64,000 nt of DNA from the human T2T-CHM13v2.0 reference genome, Homo sapiens: the NCBI RefSeq assembly GCF_009914755.1, contig NC_060927.1, one strand, 5' to 3'. This document shows, one piece after another, positions 42,898-63,448 of the stretch. How positions within the stretch are numbered: position 1 is the stretch's first letter; each line of letters opens with the position of its first letter. Under the pieces are notes generated by a model. That model saw only the letters and a list, made by a program, of their open reading frames with translations, ran no database searches and was not told where the DNA came from. Both the position numbers and the translations under genes were made by a program.

Positions 42898-44642
42898 TAT
42901 TTGGAGAACAAAAATAACTGAATATCATCAGGAGATGAAATGTAATTTGCATTGAAATTAAGGAACAAGGACAGAATACAAGGAAATCAAGCTATTATAT
43001 TTTATTATACCTTTGTTTTTATTTTTATTGATATTAAATAGCATTTGAAATAAAATAGAAATGATTCTGACATATCATGAATTTGGTGTCTCTGCTGATT
43101 ATAAAACAGACTTCACAGAATATAAAATGAAACACTAACAATTTATTTGACTACTCTGTATTTCTGTGTTGACACAGTAATATTTCATTAAACAGAACTA
43201 TTATCTACCGCTGCCCTTTCCTTGACCCTCAAGTTTATCTTAATTTGTTTTAGATTTCGAAATGAGAGGAATGCAAATAAAAAATGTTGAAACATGGGGT
43301 TGAGTGTAGCGCATTCCTGTTTGCTTTCAATCCCTCCTCTATAGAGCTTTCCTTGTCCAGCTCAGGCTGGAAATTTGTCACTTCTCTGAGCCCCAAGGCA
43401 CCTGATGTCTTTGTGTGTTATTCACTCAGTGATTTGGTATTGTCTTATAATGTTTTAATAATAAGCACATTAGTTCATACAATTGTTTTCATGTGAATTT
43501 TCCTGGGCCTTAACAATAGTCCCAGGGAGTTTGGAGAAGGCAGGTATTATTATCCACACTTTGAGGTAGGGGAATGGAAGTTCACATGTTTGCTTAAGGC
43601 CAACTGGCTTTTTAAATGGTGGTAGCAGATATACAATCTAGAATTATTTTCCATTGTATTATTAAACATTGTAATATTATTTAATTCAAAAATTTATGTT
43701 GAACTTTTAAATATCCAATGGGAATTTTAAAAATCTACCATATTTTTAATTAATTACTTACTAATTTTTATTGTTTTAACTAATTACCACAAAAGATCTT
43801 AAACTAGACTTTTGGACTGCCATTTCTATGTGATAGATGCAAAGGCTGAAGCTTAGAGAGATTCCATAATTAGCCCCAAAGTTATAGTGCCAAGGTTACA
43901 GAATCATTACTGAAATGTAGGTGTTCTGAAATTTTATCCTATACCCCATGATGCTTTTTAATAGAGAATGAACAAACTTATTAGTAAATCCCTCCTTATA
44001 CTTTACAGAATATATACTCATAGTAAATATTATATAAACTATGAGTCATTTTAATTTAACGTGAAAAGTTTTTAATCACTCTCTATCTACACCTGTAAAT
44101 ACAATGATATGTAAATAGATAGACAAACAGATCTTTGCTATTTCACAAAGATTCCTTTATTATTTCATCAAAAAAAAATTGAAGGCTTAAGTCTATAAGA
44201 GAAAGAAACAGCCAGAAAAAGAGCATGTGGCATACTTAAACTTACTAAAATGAATTAAATTGAATTTATCTGAATCACTGAGCTCGAAGTATGGTTTACC
44301 AAATTATACAATGCTGCAAAAATAAGACTGATTTTCAGACAGAAAGTAAAGACATAAATTTTATTCAATATGTATCAAAATACAGAAAATAAAATCATCA
44401 GGGGTCAGTTGATAACAATTCATTTTCACTAAAAATTGACACCAGGTATTAAGATAATAGTCTGGGTAGATGTTTTGGCTGGCTTTGGTATGTGTACTGA
44501 AAAATTAACCCTCAATAATTTCACAAATATCTGTGGAGTGCTTACTGTGTATTACGTATTATATCATGCTATCCTCACAACAGCTCAATAAGATAGATAT
44601 TAACTCTATTAGTGAATGATAAACTGATACTGAGTTTCTAGA

Positions 44643-44862
44643 TCTAGGCTGTCTAATAGGTCTAATGTGGCGGCCACTAGCTAAATGTGGCTATATATTT
44701 AAATTTGAATTAACTTAATTAGATACAATTTAAAATTCAATTATTCACTCACACTAGTCATGTTTCAAGTGTGCAATTGCCACATATGTCTAGTGGCTGT
44801 CCTATTAGGCATACAGATGTAATACATACCATCATCACAGAAATGTTAATCACACAGCACTG
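44643..44862. mobile_element. MER3-like hAT-Charlie MITE
   Basis: gccactagctaaatgtggcta ... ttaaaattca ... ctagtggct internal palindromic pattern; tctagat on both flanks. Confidence 0.75.
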
Positions 44863-45664
44863 ATCTAGATCTCGTAGTTCTTCAAGAGCTTAAGAAAGCT
44901 AATCTCCACTAATTTACTAGCCTGCATGCTCACATTATATAACCCCATTAAACATTTCTTTAGCAAAATGTTTCTTCAGCACATTCTGGTGTGGAGAAAA
45001 AAGCATCACCTCAGGGATATGAGAGTTCATATCTTTTGTGAATTATAGTTCTATAATAGATATGGGTGCCTCCAGCATCATAGAATGAAGCCCTAGTTAC
45101 TGATATATAAGCCAGTAACTCCCTTTGCATTAATGTCATACTCATTAAGAAACTATATTTCCAACAGGGAAAGAATTCTTCTCAGTTAACATTCTGAGCT
45201 GCATAAGAGTTGCATACATTATAATGTAATGTAGGTTAAAAAAGTTCTTGCTAGGCCAAGAAGACTATGGTACACATAGGCACAAAACAATTGGATACAA
45301 AAAAATCTGTTATAACCTCTAATTCTGTCATAGAGAGAACCCAAAGTATTATAGACAGCTTTAGACCTGCTTTCTTTCTCGTCAAATAGTAAAGCATATA
45401 GACAGCTTCTTGTTCAGTTGGAAAGAAACAGTATTTACACAACTGTAAAGAAACTTGAAGCTAACCACCCATTCTTTCTTCTAAAATATGCATAGATAAG
45501 TAAGATCTCCAGCATATGAGGAATGCCAGCCACTTGAAAGAGAAAGGTCAAGAAAAACTAAATTGGGAAAGAAGTAAAAAATTAAAGAATTCTTTAATGC
45601 AATCTGTTATATTTAAGAAGATATAATATCTATAAAACAAGAAAGTAAGTTATAAAAAGGAAAC

Positions 45665-46161
45665 TGTTACAGGAAAGGGGTCCTGATCCAGACCCCAAGA
45701 GAGGGTTCCTGGATCTCACGCAAGAAAGAATTTAGGGTGAGTCCGCAGTGCAAAATGAAAGCCCCGAGGGCTGCTGGTTGCCCATTTTTATGGTTATTTC
45801 TTGATGACATGCTAAACAATAGGTCTGATTATTCATGCCTCCCCTTTTTAGAACATATAGGTAACTTCCTGACGTTGCCATAGCATTTGTAAACTTCAGG
45901 GCGTTGGTGGGAGTGTAGCAGTGAGGACAACCAGAGGTCACTCTCATCGCCATTTTGGTTCTGGTGGGTTTTGGCCGTCTCCTTCTCTACAACCTGTTTT
46001 ATCAGCAAGGTCTTTATGACCTGTATTTTGTGCTGACATGCTATCTCATCCTGTGACTTAGAATGCCTTAACCCTCTGGGAAAACAGCCCAGTAGGCTTC
46101 AGACTCATTTTACCCAGCTTCTGTTTAAGATGGAGTTGCTCTCGTTCACATGCCTCTGACA
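45665..46161 (-). mobile_element. MER41 solo LTR (MER41A-like)
   Basis: Minus strand begins tgtcagaggcatgtgaacgagagcaactccatctt and ends ...cctttcctgtaaca; TG...CA termini; flanks aaac/gaac. Confidence 0.88.
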
Positions 46162-46425
46162 GAACCACTGAACAAGTAGTTTTAAAAGATTAAATATTTT
46201 AATATATCTATTGTATATTTTACATGTTTGGTATTCTTTTGTATAACAAATGGAAACTTTTTAAAAAAAGAAGAAATAACTCACAACATAGTGTAATTAT
46301 ATGGAAATTATAGGAGGAAAAAAAAGAAATAAAGAGTACTTGATGGTTCCACATGTCCAACAAGAGCCTCCGAAAAGTTGGCAGGAAAAAAAATGAATGA
46401 AATAAATTCTTAAAAAGAAATACTC

Positions 46426-46725
<300 letters not shown>

Positions 46726-47319
46726 TAACAAATTCTTCAGAAGTAAAGATAGAGATAAGTCTTCAGTTTGAAAGACTCCTCCAAGTGCTGCTAAGAGTGA
46801 ATTAAAAGAAAGAATCATACTTAAACAGACTCCTTTAAAATTTCAAAGTTTCAAAAATAATGTATTGGATTTCATTTAAAAAATGCTTACAAAAGACATC
46901 ATTAAGAAAATAAACAGAAAAATCAGACTGGAGAATACTTGAAATGCATGTATAGGTCTAAGGAATTATATTCAAAAATTATAAATAACTCCTGCAAATC
47001 AAAAATAAAACAATCCAATGAGAAAATGAGCAAATTACTTGAAAGAGTAATCATTCCTCAAAAGAATCAGAAGAAAAAGTAGCATACGGTATGGTGGCTT
47101 TCTCTTTTAAGAAAGTCTCCTTCATTAATATACAATGCCCAATCCATTAGCTTTTTTTGTTTGTTTTTCACCTTCTTTTACCACTGACTGCACAAAATAT
47201 AAAGATGTGGTTTATATTATACTAAGAAAACTTGCCTGTGAGAACCACATGACAGGTTTGGTGCTTGTGGTGTTGGTGGTAGTTCTTTCATTTTTGTCTT
47301 TTCATATTATCATTACTTT

Positions 47320-48850
<1,531 letters not shown>

Positions 48851-49519
48851 AGGTTGGGTGGGGAAATTGAGCAGTACACAGACCAAGCAGAGCTCTCAGG
48901 GAGGCTGAAAAGAAAATGCAAAAGTATTTGTGTGATAATAATTTTTACCCAGTCTTATAAATTAAATAAAAACATTTTCCCCAAATGGTGCAATTTACAT
49001 TAGCAAAGATTACTTGCTTAAGGAACAATTTAAAAGTAGCAGAGGGTTGTTTACTCAGTTAGATTCTTATCAGAAGATAGATTGAGAGATAGTACTAGGA
49101 ACTGGAAGTGTTTTGCAATGGAGTTGAATTTAAACTAGAACCCCCCACCCCGTCAAAAAAAAAAATGAAAGCACAGGAATTTTACTACCATTAAGAAAGT
49201 GCTGACAACAGTATAGTGAATGCCATATGATGTAATTAAACACTTGATTAAATAATCCCTGTAAATATAGAACTTCTTACCTTCTACCAAATTTATTGTT
49301 ACTTATTTTTATTCACTGAAGATTTTAACTTCTGGAAATTTTTCCAGAATTCTCACAAGACATAAGGTAAATACAGGTATCAGAAAAATTGAATGTATAT
49401 TGTAGCCAAAAGTGGGAAATATTGGTAATTATTTTAAAATATCATTTAGGATGTTATCAATTATTTTTTAAAAGCTAGTAATAAATTTCATAGAAAACGT
49501 GTAAGACATATGCATTTAA

Positions 49520-51320
49520 AATACATATATTTCTAAATAATTAAAAACATCTGCTCATCAAAATAACAATCAAAATTAAATCACAATGAGAGAAAAGATT
49601 TGCAATATAATTACATGACAAATTTTATTTTGATAATATATAAAGCACATCTACATATATATAATAAGAAGACCAAAAAGCACAATTTATAAACTGGTCC
49701 TATGACTTGAACAAACACTCACGTAAGAGTGATTTAATCAAATTATATGTGTATATGTGTGTATTAAGGTGCTAAGCAATATTAGTTAATGGAGAAATGC
49801 AAGTTAAACTTTGTTCCTTTGGGAATGTGAAATAGTACAACCACTTTGAGAAACTGAAAGTTTCTATTAAAATTAATCTTACATCTTTTCCACAAGCCAA
49901 AAATTTTAATTCTAGTATTTACAAAATAAATAAAAATGTATGTTCACAAGAAGATTCTATAAGAATATTCATGGCAGCTTTATTTATAAAAGACAGTAAC
50001 TGGATGCATTCCAAATGTACATTAAGAGAAAAAATGAATAAAAGGACTGTGTTATTAATCACACATGGAAATTTGGCACATAAATAAAAAATTTTATTTG
50101 CAACAACATAAGTGATTTTCAAAATCACTATGTTGCGTAAAAGAAGCCAGACATAAACAAGCATATTTTATGTCATTACATCTTATGAATTTTCAAAACA
50201 AGCCAAACCAATCTATAGTGATGGTGACATAATAGGAAATGTATATTTGGTCTCTGCCCCCAGTTTTTGGCACAGAGTTCCTAAAACCCTTGTAATTTCC
50301 AAAGCAATAGAGGTGCTAGGAGAATCTTTGTTTCTAGTGTTTGGTCTTTGATCTTAGTTTCTGACATAGGGTTTCTAAATCCCTTGGGATTTACTGGAGG
50401 ATAGAATTTTTTTTTTTTTCTAATGAGGTATCTCTTGGTGGCCTTTTGTATAGCTCTTGGATGGGGGCTGGTCACTAAAAAAAACCAAGTCATGATTAGA
50501 AGCTTGGAGCTTGTAGCCCTACTCCTCATCCTCCAAGGAGAGGAGAGGAACTAGAGATTGAGTTAACAATTATCAAGCATACATTAGAAGCTTTTATAAA
50601 AATCCCTAAAGTTTGGAGAGCTTCTGGGCTGATGAACACATCCATATGCCAGGAGAGTGGTATATCCCAGCTCCATGGAGATGCTTGAGACCCTTCCAGA
50701 GCTTGCTCTATGTACCTCTCAATCTGGCTTCTTATCTGTATCCTTTATCATTGCCTTATAATAAAGAGATAAACTTCAGTAAGTGTTTCCCTGAGTTCTT
50801 TGTGCCATTACAATAAATTCTCAAACATGAGGAGAGTATAATGGGAATCCATGAATTATAGCCAAGTCAGACAGAAGTGAGAGTAACCTGGGAACCTACT
50901 ACTTGTGACTGATGTCCAGTAGGGGGCAATCTTACGGAACTGAGCTCTTAATCTGTGGCATCTGGACTAACTTTAAATAGGTAGTATCAGAATTGAGTTA
51001 TGTTGTAGGGCACCCAGGGAGTGTCCAGAGAGTTGGAGAGTCGGTTGGCGTGGCGAAAAAAAATTCATACATTTGGTGTCAGAAATGAGGTATTGAGTGA
51101 GTATAGAGAGGACTGTATTTTCTCTTTGTAGTGATAGAAATCAAAATAATGGCAGAGATGTGTTGATTTAAAAAGGACAAAGGGAGCTTCCTAGTATAAT
51201 GGGAATATTCTATATCTTAACCTGGGTGATAGGTGCATGGGTGCATAAATATGTAAAAATTGATCGGGCTGTAAGTTTAAAATTTGTATGTGGCCTACAT
51301 GTAAATTATATTTCGATGAT
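49520..51320 (+). mobile_element. Old L1M (MC-like) 3' fragment split by the MER21 LTR
   Basis: atattcatggcagctttattt, aaaagaagccagaca; continuity ctatagtgat | tagtgatagaaatc across the LTR. Confidence 0.65.
50224..51129. mobile_element. MER21-family solo LTR
   Basis: atatttggtctctgcccccag...ggcacagagttcctaaaaccctt and catttggtgtcagaa match the recalled MER21B/C consensus. Confidence 0.75.
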
Positions 51321-51479
51321 AAAAAGTACACCTGTAGAAAATCCGTTATTATTATTAAGACACTAGAGTTTTCCTTTATTTGACAATCAGTATTCAAAAT
51401 GCAAAGATATGTTTTTATTTTAACATTGCTTTTTGAACATTATTTACAAAAGATATTTTGCTGTCATATATTTTAAGGT

Positions 51480-51680
51480 AAGCTTGTTCAGCCCACAGTC
51501 CATGGGCTGCATGCAGCCCAAGACAGCTTTGAATGAGGCCCAACACAAATTGATAAATTTTCATAAAACATTAGGATTTTTTTTGCTCATCCAGCTATCG
51601 TTAGTGTTAGTGTATTTTATTTGTGGTCTGAGATAATTCTTTTTCTTCCAATGTAGGAGCCAAAAGATTAGACACACCTG
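51480..51680. mobile_element. MER30-like hAT MITE
   Basis: gctttgaatgaggcccaacacaaatt, cagctatcgttagtgttagtgtatttt, gccaaaagattagacacacctg. Confidence 0.8.
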
Positions 51681-54049
51681 TTATAAACCATTCTGTAATT
51701 TTCTGCTTGAATAAATGGTATAACATTACTTGTTGCTAGAATATGTTTCAGTTACAAATTTTTTAAATACCCAAATAACAGGAGGGGACCAATTGCTATT
51801 AAAAGGAAAAGAATACATAGCTTTAAATTATGTTATCATGAAACATTGACTGAAAATAAGTAAATCACGGATACAAGTAAGGAAGCTAAAAAAATAAAGT
51901 ATGGAAAGGGAGCAATAAGTAAGTAAATTTGAGAATTAATTGAATAATAAACCAACATAAGTCAAGAGCGAAATCTATGAAAAGAATTTTTAATGACAAA
52001 TATGCTAAAATGTTAAGAGAAAAAACACAAAAATAATATTAAATACAAAAAAACTACAAGTGAATAAGAGGACATTAAAATGTTATAGGATATTTCTATA
52101 TGTACTTTATTACACTAAATTGTAAAAGTTTTAACAAATTGATTCAATAATTAAAATGCTAATCAGGCTAAGAAGCACAGAACAAATTGAACAAATTATC
52201 TCTCACAAAATAAACATGGATAATTTTACAGAAAATGTTATGAAAATTTTAAATAGCATCGATATTATTTAAATTGCTTCATTATATTTTTAAAAATTAA
52301 ATACTTACAAATAAATTATAGGAAGCTAGCATAATTATACTACCAAGATTGTACAGAAAAGTACAAATAAAAACCTTATCTATGGTTGAATGTTATTTAT
52401 GAATGCACAGGGAAAGACTCCAAATAAAATATTAGCTTATCAAATACAACAATATATCAAAACATTGATATACCTTGAGTAAATAGAATTTAACTCAGCA
52501 ATGAAAACGAAGTCAACATTTGAATAACTAATAATACTATGATGTATTATCTTAAAAGACTAAAAGACAAAAAACAGCTTCACAGATTATGTAAAAGATA
52601 AGGTGCAATTCACCACCAATTTCCAGTTTAATAAAAGTTTCAGTAACCTAAAAATAGAATGGCACTTTCTTAATTTGATAAAAAGCATCTATTAAAAACT
52701 AACATTATACATCAATTTTAACAGGGAGACCCTAGACAGTTCTATTAAAGGATCCTAATTTCTGGCTTCGCTAGAGGTTTATTAAAGAACATTCTATCCA
52801 ATATGTAGCATTAAAAACTTGACCTGTGAATTAGATATCAGTATCTTCTTCTCTTTCTCACTTAAATCACTTTTGTATTCCGTTGACAAAATGTGTATTA
52901 TGCTACACTTTACACATATCTGTGCAATATACATAGAGCAATAAAAAGGATTAAAGAGTAGAGCAAATGGGTCTTCACTTGACCCTCACAATGAAAAAAA
53001 TTCTACAATGCTTATTTCAACTGTTAAGTATATTTGTCTTCCGTGACTGGTTATACATTATGGTGGATTGGAATTCCATTCACATAAACTCTAATGCTTG
53101 CTTCTATGTCTCAGCAATCAACTTCTATGCCTTACCAGTCTCTGAACACAAAGCTTATTCTATATAATTTAGGATCTGAATCACAAAACAAAAAAAGTAC
53201 GTTGCTATTATCTTATATATGGAATTATTTTCTTTTCAATTTTCCACCTCAAATTAGATTCATTCATTCATGAATATTTACTAAGCTTCTGCTCTGGGTC
53301 AGGCTTTGATCTAATTACTATTGGCACAAAGATTAGTGAGCACCAAAGTAACACAGTTTAATAGTAGAATTATTCAACTAAACAAAGTTGAATAAGTGAT
53401 ATGTAGGAGATACGAATATAGTGCTATGAAAGTACATAGGCGATTTTAAATACATCATCTCTATACTTTACAATACCTGGTGCACAATGAGTTTAGTTAT
53501 TTTAGGTTAGCAACCACCAACTACTTTTGCATAGTTATTTCACAATAAGCATTTAATCTTCTATTGTATGTTTAATGTGTCCCTTGAAATTAACTTGGAA
53601 TCGTCAGAAGACCTGATCTCCTCTTCTCTCAATTTACTCCATTTCATGGTATATTGGTTATATCACTAAAATATATCTGCTCCAGTATCTTTTTATCCTC
53701 TTTAACTACCACATAGACCAAGCTACCACAAAGTACAACCTCATCTCTCCAATAGCCAGCAATCGTATCTCCTTGTTCCCACTTTTAATCTCCAGCCATG
53801 CCACAAACTCAGTGCAGCCTGAGTGGTCTGTTTAAAACACTTTTTTGCCTAAAATATTTAATGGCTACTCATCATACTCAGGAAACACCACGGTTCTTAT
53901 CATGGCCTACAATAGTATTATCTGGCTGAATCTCCCTCAGGAGATTTGTCATGGATGTTTCTTCTACATGAAATTTTCTTCCCTGAACTCTCCTCATGCT
54001 TGTTTCTTCCTCATTGTTTAGGTATCAGTCCTATTACATTCTCAAATAA

Positions 54050-54429
<380 letters not shown>

Positions 54430-55802
54430 AATTTTAGTTTTTTCATAACACTTTTCAGAAAATGAAATTACCTTAGAGTATTGCATAATTGATTTTTATC
54501 TAATCTATTATGCATATACTTAGGAAATTAATGAACATATTATTTTAGCTCAAGAGTTAGCTATCTACTATTAACTCTTTACTTGGTGTCATGAATTTAA
54601 ATCCACTAGGTTAGAAAAGTAGGTTTCTCCATCTTATGCCCCAAACAGAACCCCTGATCCACTCCCCTGACTTCATTCTTCACCAATTATTAGTGCTTAT
54701 TAAAAAAAGGTATCTGGCATAGAGAAAATGTGCCACTAAAAAAAATTAATTAAATTAATGAATGAACAACAACCCTCAGGATATAGGTTTCACCATTGTA
54801 CAGGTGATTGCACTTTGTTAAAGAATCATATGTGACTAAGGGCAATCATTAATTTTATTTAATTTCTCTTAACGTTAACATCCTACAAACATATTAAAAT
54901 AATAATGAGAGTCACTGGAAATATCAGTTGTTCATATATCCATGTTCCTTGTTGGTCCTTATTTTCATGCAAATATGAATTTATAAAATTGTAGTCATGA
55001 ATCAGTTTTGCCGATAGCTTCATAATTCTAATTTAAACTGATGTACAATATTCTATTAATTAGTTGAACTAGAAGTTTGCTACTATTTATACATATTTTG
55101 GTTATCAATAATATACAATACAATGTATGATACTTATTATATACATTCTTTCATTGACTTATCACCTGTCTTATTTCCTAGTATTGAATTATAAAATTGC
55201 ATAAATCAGCTAAAGATTGTAAACACTTTTATGGCTCTTAATATCTATCACAGAAGGTGTAGAAAATATATTAGTGATTATTGCATCTCTAATGTAGTAC
55301 ATCCTTAATGCAGCAAGCATCTCTATTGCATTCCTAATGTGATAAACACATAGTGAATATACAATTAATTTATTAAATGGTGAATATTATCTAAATGGTT
55401 TTCCACAGACACATGCTAATTAATATTGCATATTAATATCAATTGATGTTTTAGACTTTTAATTGCAAAAGGTATCTGTTTTACTGATTTGCTATATTTG
55501 GTCAAATATTTTTCAATATTGAATATTTTCTGGAATTCGGCCTTTCCACATATGCATTTGAGGTGCTTCCCCAAAGTCTGCATCTCCATGGGTATCATGG
55601 TTTGCAGTGGCTTTTCCAAATTTTTCCAGTCTACGTGCAGTGCCCGGGACTGAACAATTCCAGCAAAGGCACCCACACAGGACATTGCAAGGCCAGACTT
55701 GGTCCCACATAAATCCTGGTTGCCAAGATTTGCCAATCAAAACTTTCTGGCTGTACACAGTGGTCATGCATGTAATCCCAGCACTTTGGGGAACTAAGGC
55801 CA

Positions 55803-57254
55803 TGAGAGGTGACAGCGTGCTGGCAGTCCTCACAGCCCTCGCTTGCTCTGGGTGCCTCCTCTGCCTGGGCTCCCACTTTGGCGGCACTTGAGGAGCCCTT
55901 CAGCCCACCGCTGCACTGTGGGAGCCCCTTTCTGGGCTGGCCAAGGCCGGAGCCCGCTCCCTCAGCTTGCAGGGAGGTGTGGAGGGAGAGGCGCGAGCGG
56001 GAACCGGGGCTGTGCGCCGAGCTTGCGGGCCAGTTGGAGTTCCCGGTGGGCGTGGGCTTGGCGGGCCCCGCACTCGGGGCAGCCGGCTAGCCCTGCCGGC
56101 CCCAGGCAATGAGGGGCTTAGCACCCAGGCCAGCAGCTGCGGAGGGTGTACTGGGTCCCCCAGCAGTGCCCGCCCACCGGCGCTGCCCTTGATTTCTCGC
56201 TGGGCCTTAACTGCCTTCCCGTGGGGCAGGGCTGGGGACCTGCAGCCCGCCATGCCTGAGCTGCCCACCCTCTCCGTGGGCTCCTGTGCAGCCTGAGCCT
56301 CCCAGATGAGCGCCGCCCCCTGCTCCAGGGCGCCCAGTCCCATAACCACCCAAGGGCTGAGGAGTGCGGGCGCACAGCGCGGGACTGGCAGGCAGCTCCA
56401 CCTGCAGCCCTGGTGTGGGATCCACTGGGTGAAGCCAGCTGGGCTCCTGAGTCTGGTGGGGACGTGGAGAACCTTTATGTCTAGCTGGGGGATTGTGAAT
56501 ACACCAATCGGCACTCTGTATCTAGCTACTCTGGTGGGGACTTGGAGAATCTTTATGTCTAGCTCAGGGATTGTAAATACACCAATGGGCACTCTGTATC
56601 TAGCTCAGGGTTTGTAAACACACCAATCAGCACCCTGTGTCTAGCTCAGGGTTTGTGAATGCACCAATCAACACTCTGTATCTAGCTACTCTGGTGGGGA
56701 CTTGGAGAACCTTTGTGTCTAGCTCAGGGATTGTAAATGCACCAATCAGTGCCCTGTCAAAACAGACCACTGGGCTCTACCAATCAGCAGGATGTGGGTG
56801 GGGCCAGATAAGAGAATAAAAGCAGGCTGGCTGAGCCAGCAGTGGCAACCCTCTCAGGTCCCCTTCCACACTGTGGGAGCTTTGTTCTTTCGCTCTTTGC
56901 AATAAATCTTGCTACTGCTCACTCTTTGGGTCCACACTGCCTTTATGAGCTGTAACACTCACCACGAAGGTCTGCAGCTTCACTCCTGAAGCCAGCGAGA
57001 CCACAAGCCCACCGGGAGGAAGGAACAACTCCAGACGCACTGCCTTAAGAGCTGTAACACTCACCGCGAAGGTCTGCAGCTTCACTCCTGAGCCAGCAAG
57101 ATCACGAACCCACCAGAAGGAAGAAACTCTGAACACATCTGAACATCAGAAGGAACAAACTCCGGACACGCCGCCTTTAAGAACTGTAACACTGCGGGGG
57201 TCCGTGGCTTCATTCTTGAAGTCAGTAAGACCAAGAACCCACCAATTCTGGACA
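55803..57254 (+). mobile_element. ERV9 solo LTR (LTR12C-like), 1,452 bp
   Basis: Starts tgagaggtgacagcgtgctggcag and ends cccaccaattctggaca; CpG-rich 5' part, CCAAT tandem repeats, gagctgtaacactcacc U5 repeats. Confidence 0.95.
56450..56825 (+). promoter_or_regulatory. LTR12 U3 enhancer/promoter array
   Basis: Six CCAAT boxes in ~35-40 bp tctagct-anchored repeats, TATCT (reverse GATA) motifs, then gggtgggg, agataa and aataaa. Confidence 0.85.
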
Positions 57255-58614
57255 AAGCGGGATGATCACTTGAGATGTGGAGTTTGAGACCAGCCTGGGC
57301 AATATAGTGAGACCCCCACCTCTACCAAAAAATGTTTTAAAATTAGCCTGGCACAGTGGTGCATGCCTGTAGTCCCAGCTACTCAGGAAGCTGAGGTGAG
57401 ATGATCACTTGAGTCTAGGAGTTCCAAACTGTAGTGAGCTGTAATCACACCATTGCACTCAGCCTGAGCAACAGAGCAAGAGCTGGTCTCTTAAACAAAC
57501 AAATTCTAAATCCATTTTAACTGTCAAGGACTGTGCAGTGACCCCTGGACAGGTGACTATGCACAAGAACTGGGATTTGCATAGGCCCTGTCCCAATTTT
57601 TCTCCTTTAGGCCACTCCTTAACCACACATTAAGTTGACCAGATTCCCTAAGGATTTCCAGTAATTCTGACTACTGTGTTTTACAAGAGCCCCATGGACT
57701 GACCCTAGTTCCAGAATGGTGGTTTGGTAAGCAGATAACTCTTGCCAAGCAGCTTTGTTTCACAAGACTGTGTGAGACTGAGCCACCTGAATGATTCAGA
57801 CAATCTGATTTGAGGGGGTTTTCACTTACACTATTCATAAAATGAGTTTAGGGCTCTGGACTACTAATGGCTCACCACCCTAACTTGCACTTGAGATAGG
57901 TGTCTGGGCCCATGTATGTACTCTTGCTCATCCATGTAGGATCCATGATGTCACCTCCAATCTACAACACCTAAGAAGAGTGGGGGTAGTAGCAAGCAAG
58001 CATCTTTAACCTTGTATATCCTTGCCATTGCACTCAGAGATGTTATCCTACCATTTCTGTTGTCTTCACTGGATGAGGCAGTCCTTCTGGGGTGGCCACA
58101 GAATACTTCCTCTGAAGACTTGGAGACAGCCTGCAAGCAAAACAGGACCTTTTGCTTGATGTCCTCTCTTACCTCCACTTACACAGTGACATTAGGCTTT
58201 CCTGGATTTGTCAACGGTCATGTTGGGAGAAAGACAGACACATTCTGCTCAAGTGGGGCCGCTATTAACACCCTTTTCTGGACACTTTACTATTCTCCTA
58301 CTGGTATTACTTTGTGGAAGGCAGAAGTATGGTCAACATGGAAAGAGGTCATGTTCTAGGATTGCATGTTTTGACCTCAAGAGATCAAAGAAGATAGAGT
58401 TTATGCTATAAAGTCCCACATAGTAAATTAAATATGACCAGAAAATGAATTATTTTTCACATTATATTGCATATGCTGGGTAAATTTGCTTTTGTTGTCA
58501 TTACCATAAAGTATAGTAAAAACAGTTAAGAGAGTATTTGGAGTTCAGTATTCACAGGTGGCACAAAGAATAAGTTAGTGTCAAGAATAATGATGCATTA
58601 AGTAAATATTATTT

Positions 58615-63448
<4,834 letters not shown>

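Larger units (their letters stand above)
55749..57503 (+). mobile_element. AluJ-like element split by LTR12 (55749-55802 and 57255-57503)
   Basis: tgtaatcccagcactttggg before the LTR; the Alu resumes gcgggatgatcacttgag...tttgagaccagcctgggcaa after it. Confidence 0.9.

Noticed and set aside
45820-45860. MER41 as an interferon-gamma/STAT1 enhancer
   Set aside because: The minus strand reads aaaaaggggaggcatgaataatc, i.e. the MER41A-type configuration lacking the segment with tandem GAS motifs found in MER41B (from recall)
55809-56819. Cluster of overlapping ORFs, including a 230-aa one
   Set aside because: All lie inside the GC-rich LTR12, where stop codons are scarce; the repeated peptides mirror the DNA repeats and no domain is recognisable
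56450-57200. Regularly spaced repeats superficially like a CRISPR array
   Set aside because: These are degenerate tandem units without unique spacers, the normal ERV9 U3/U5 repeats; eukaryotic context with no cas genes
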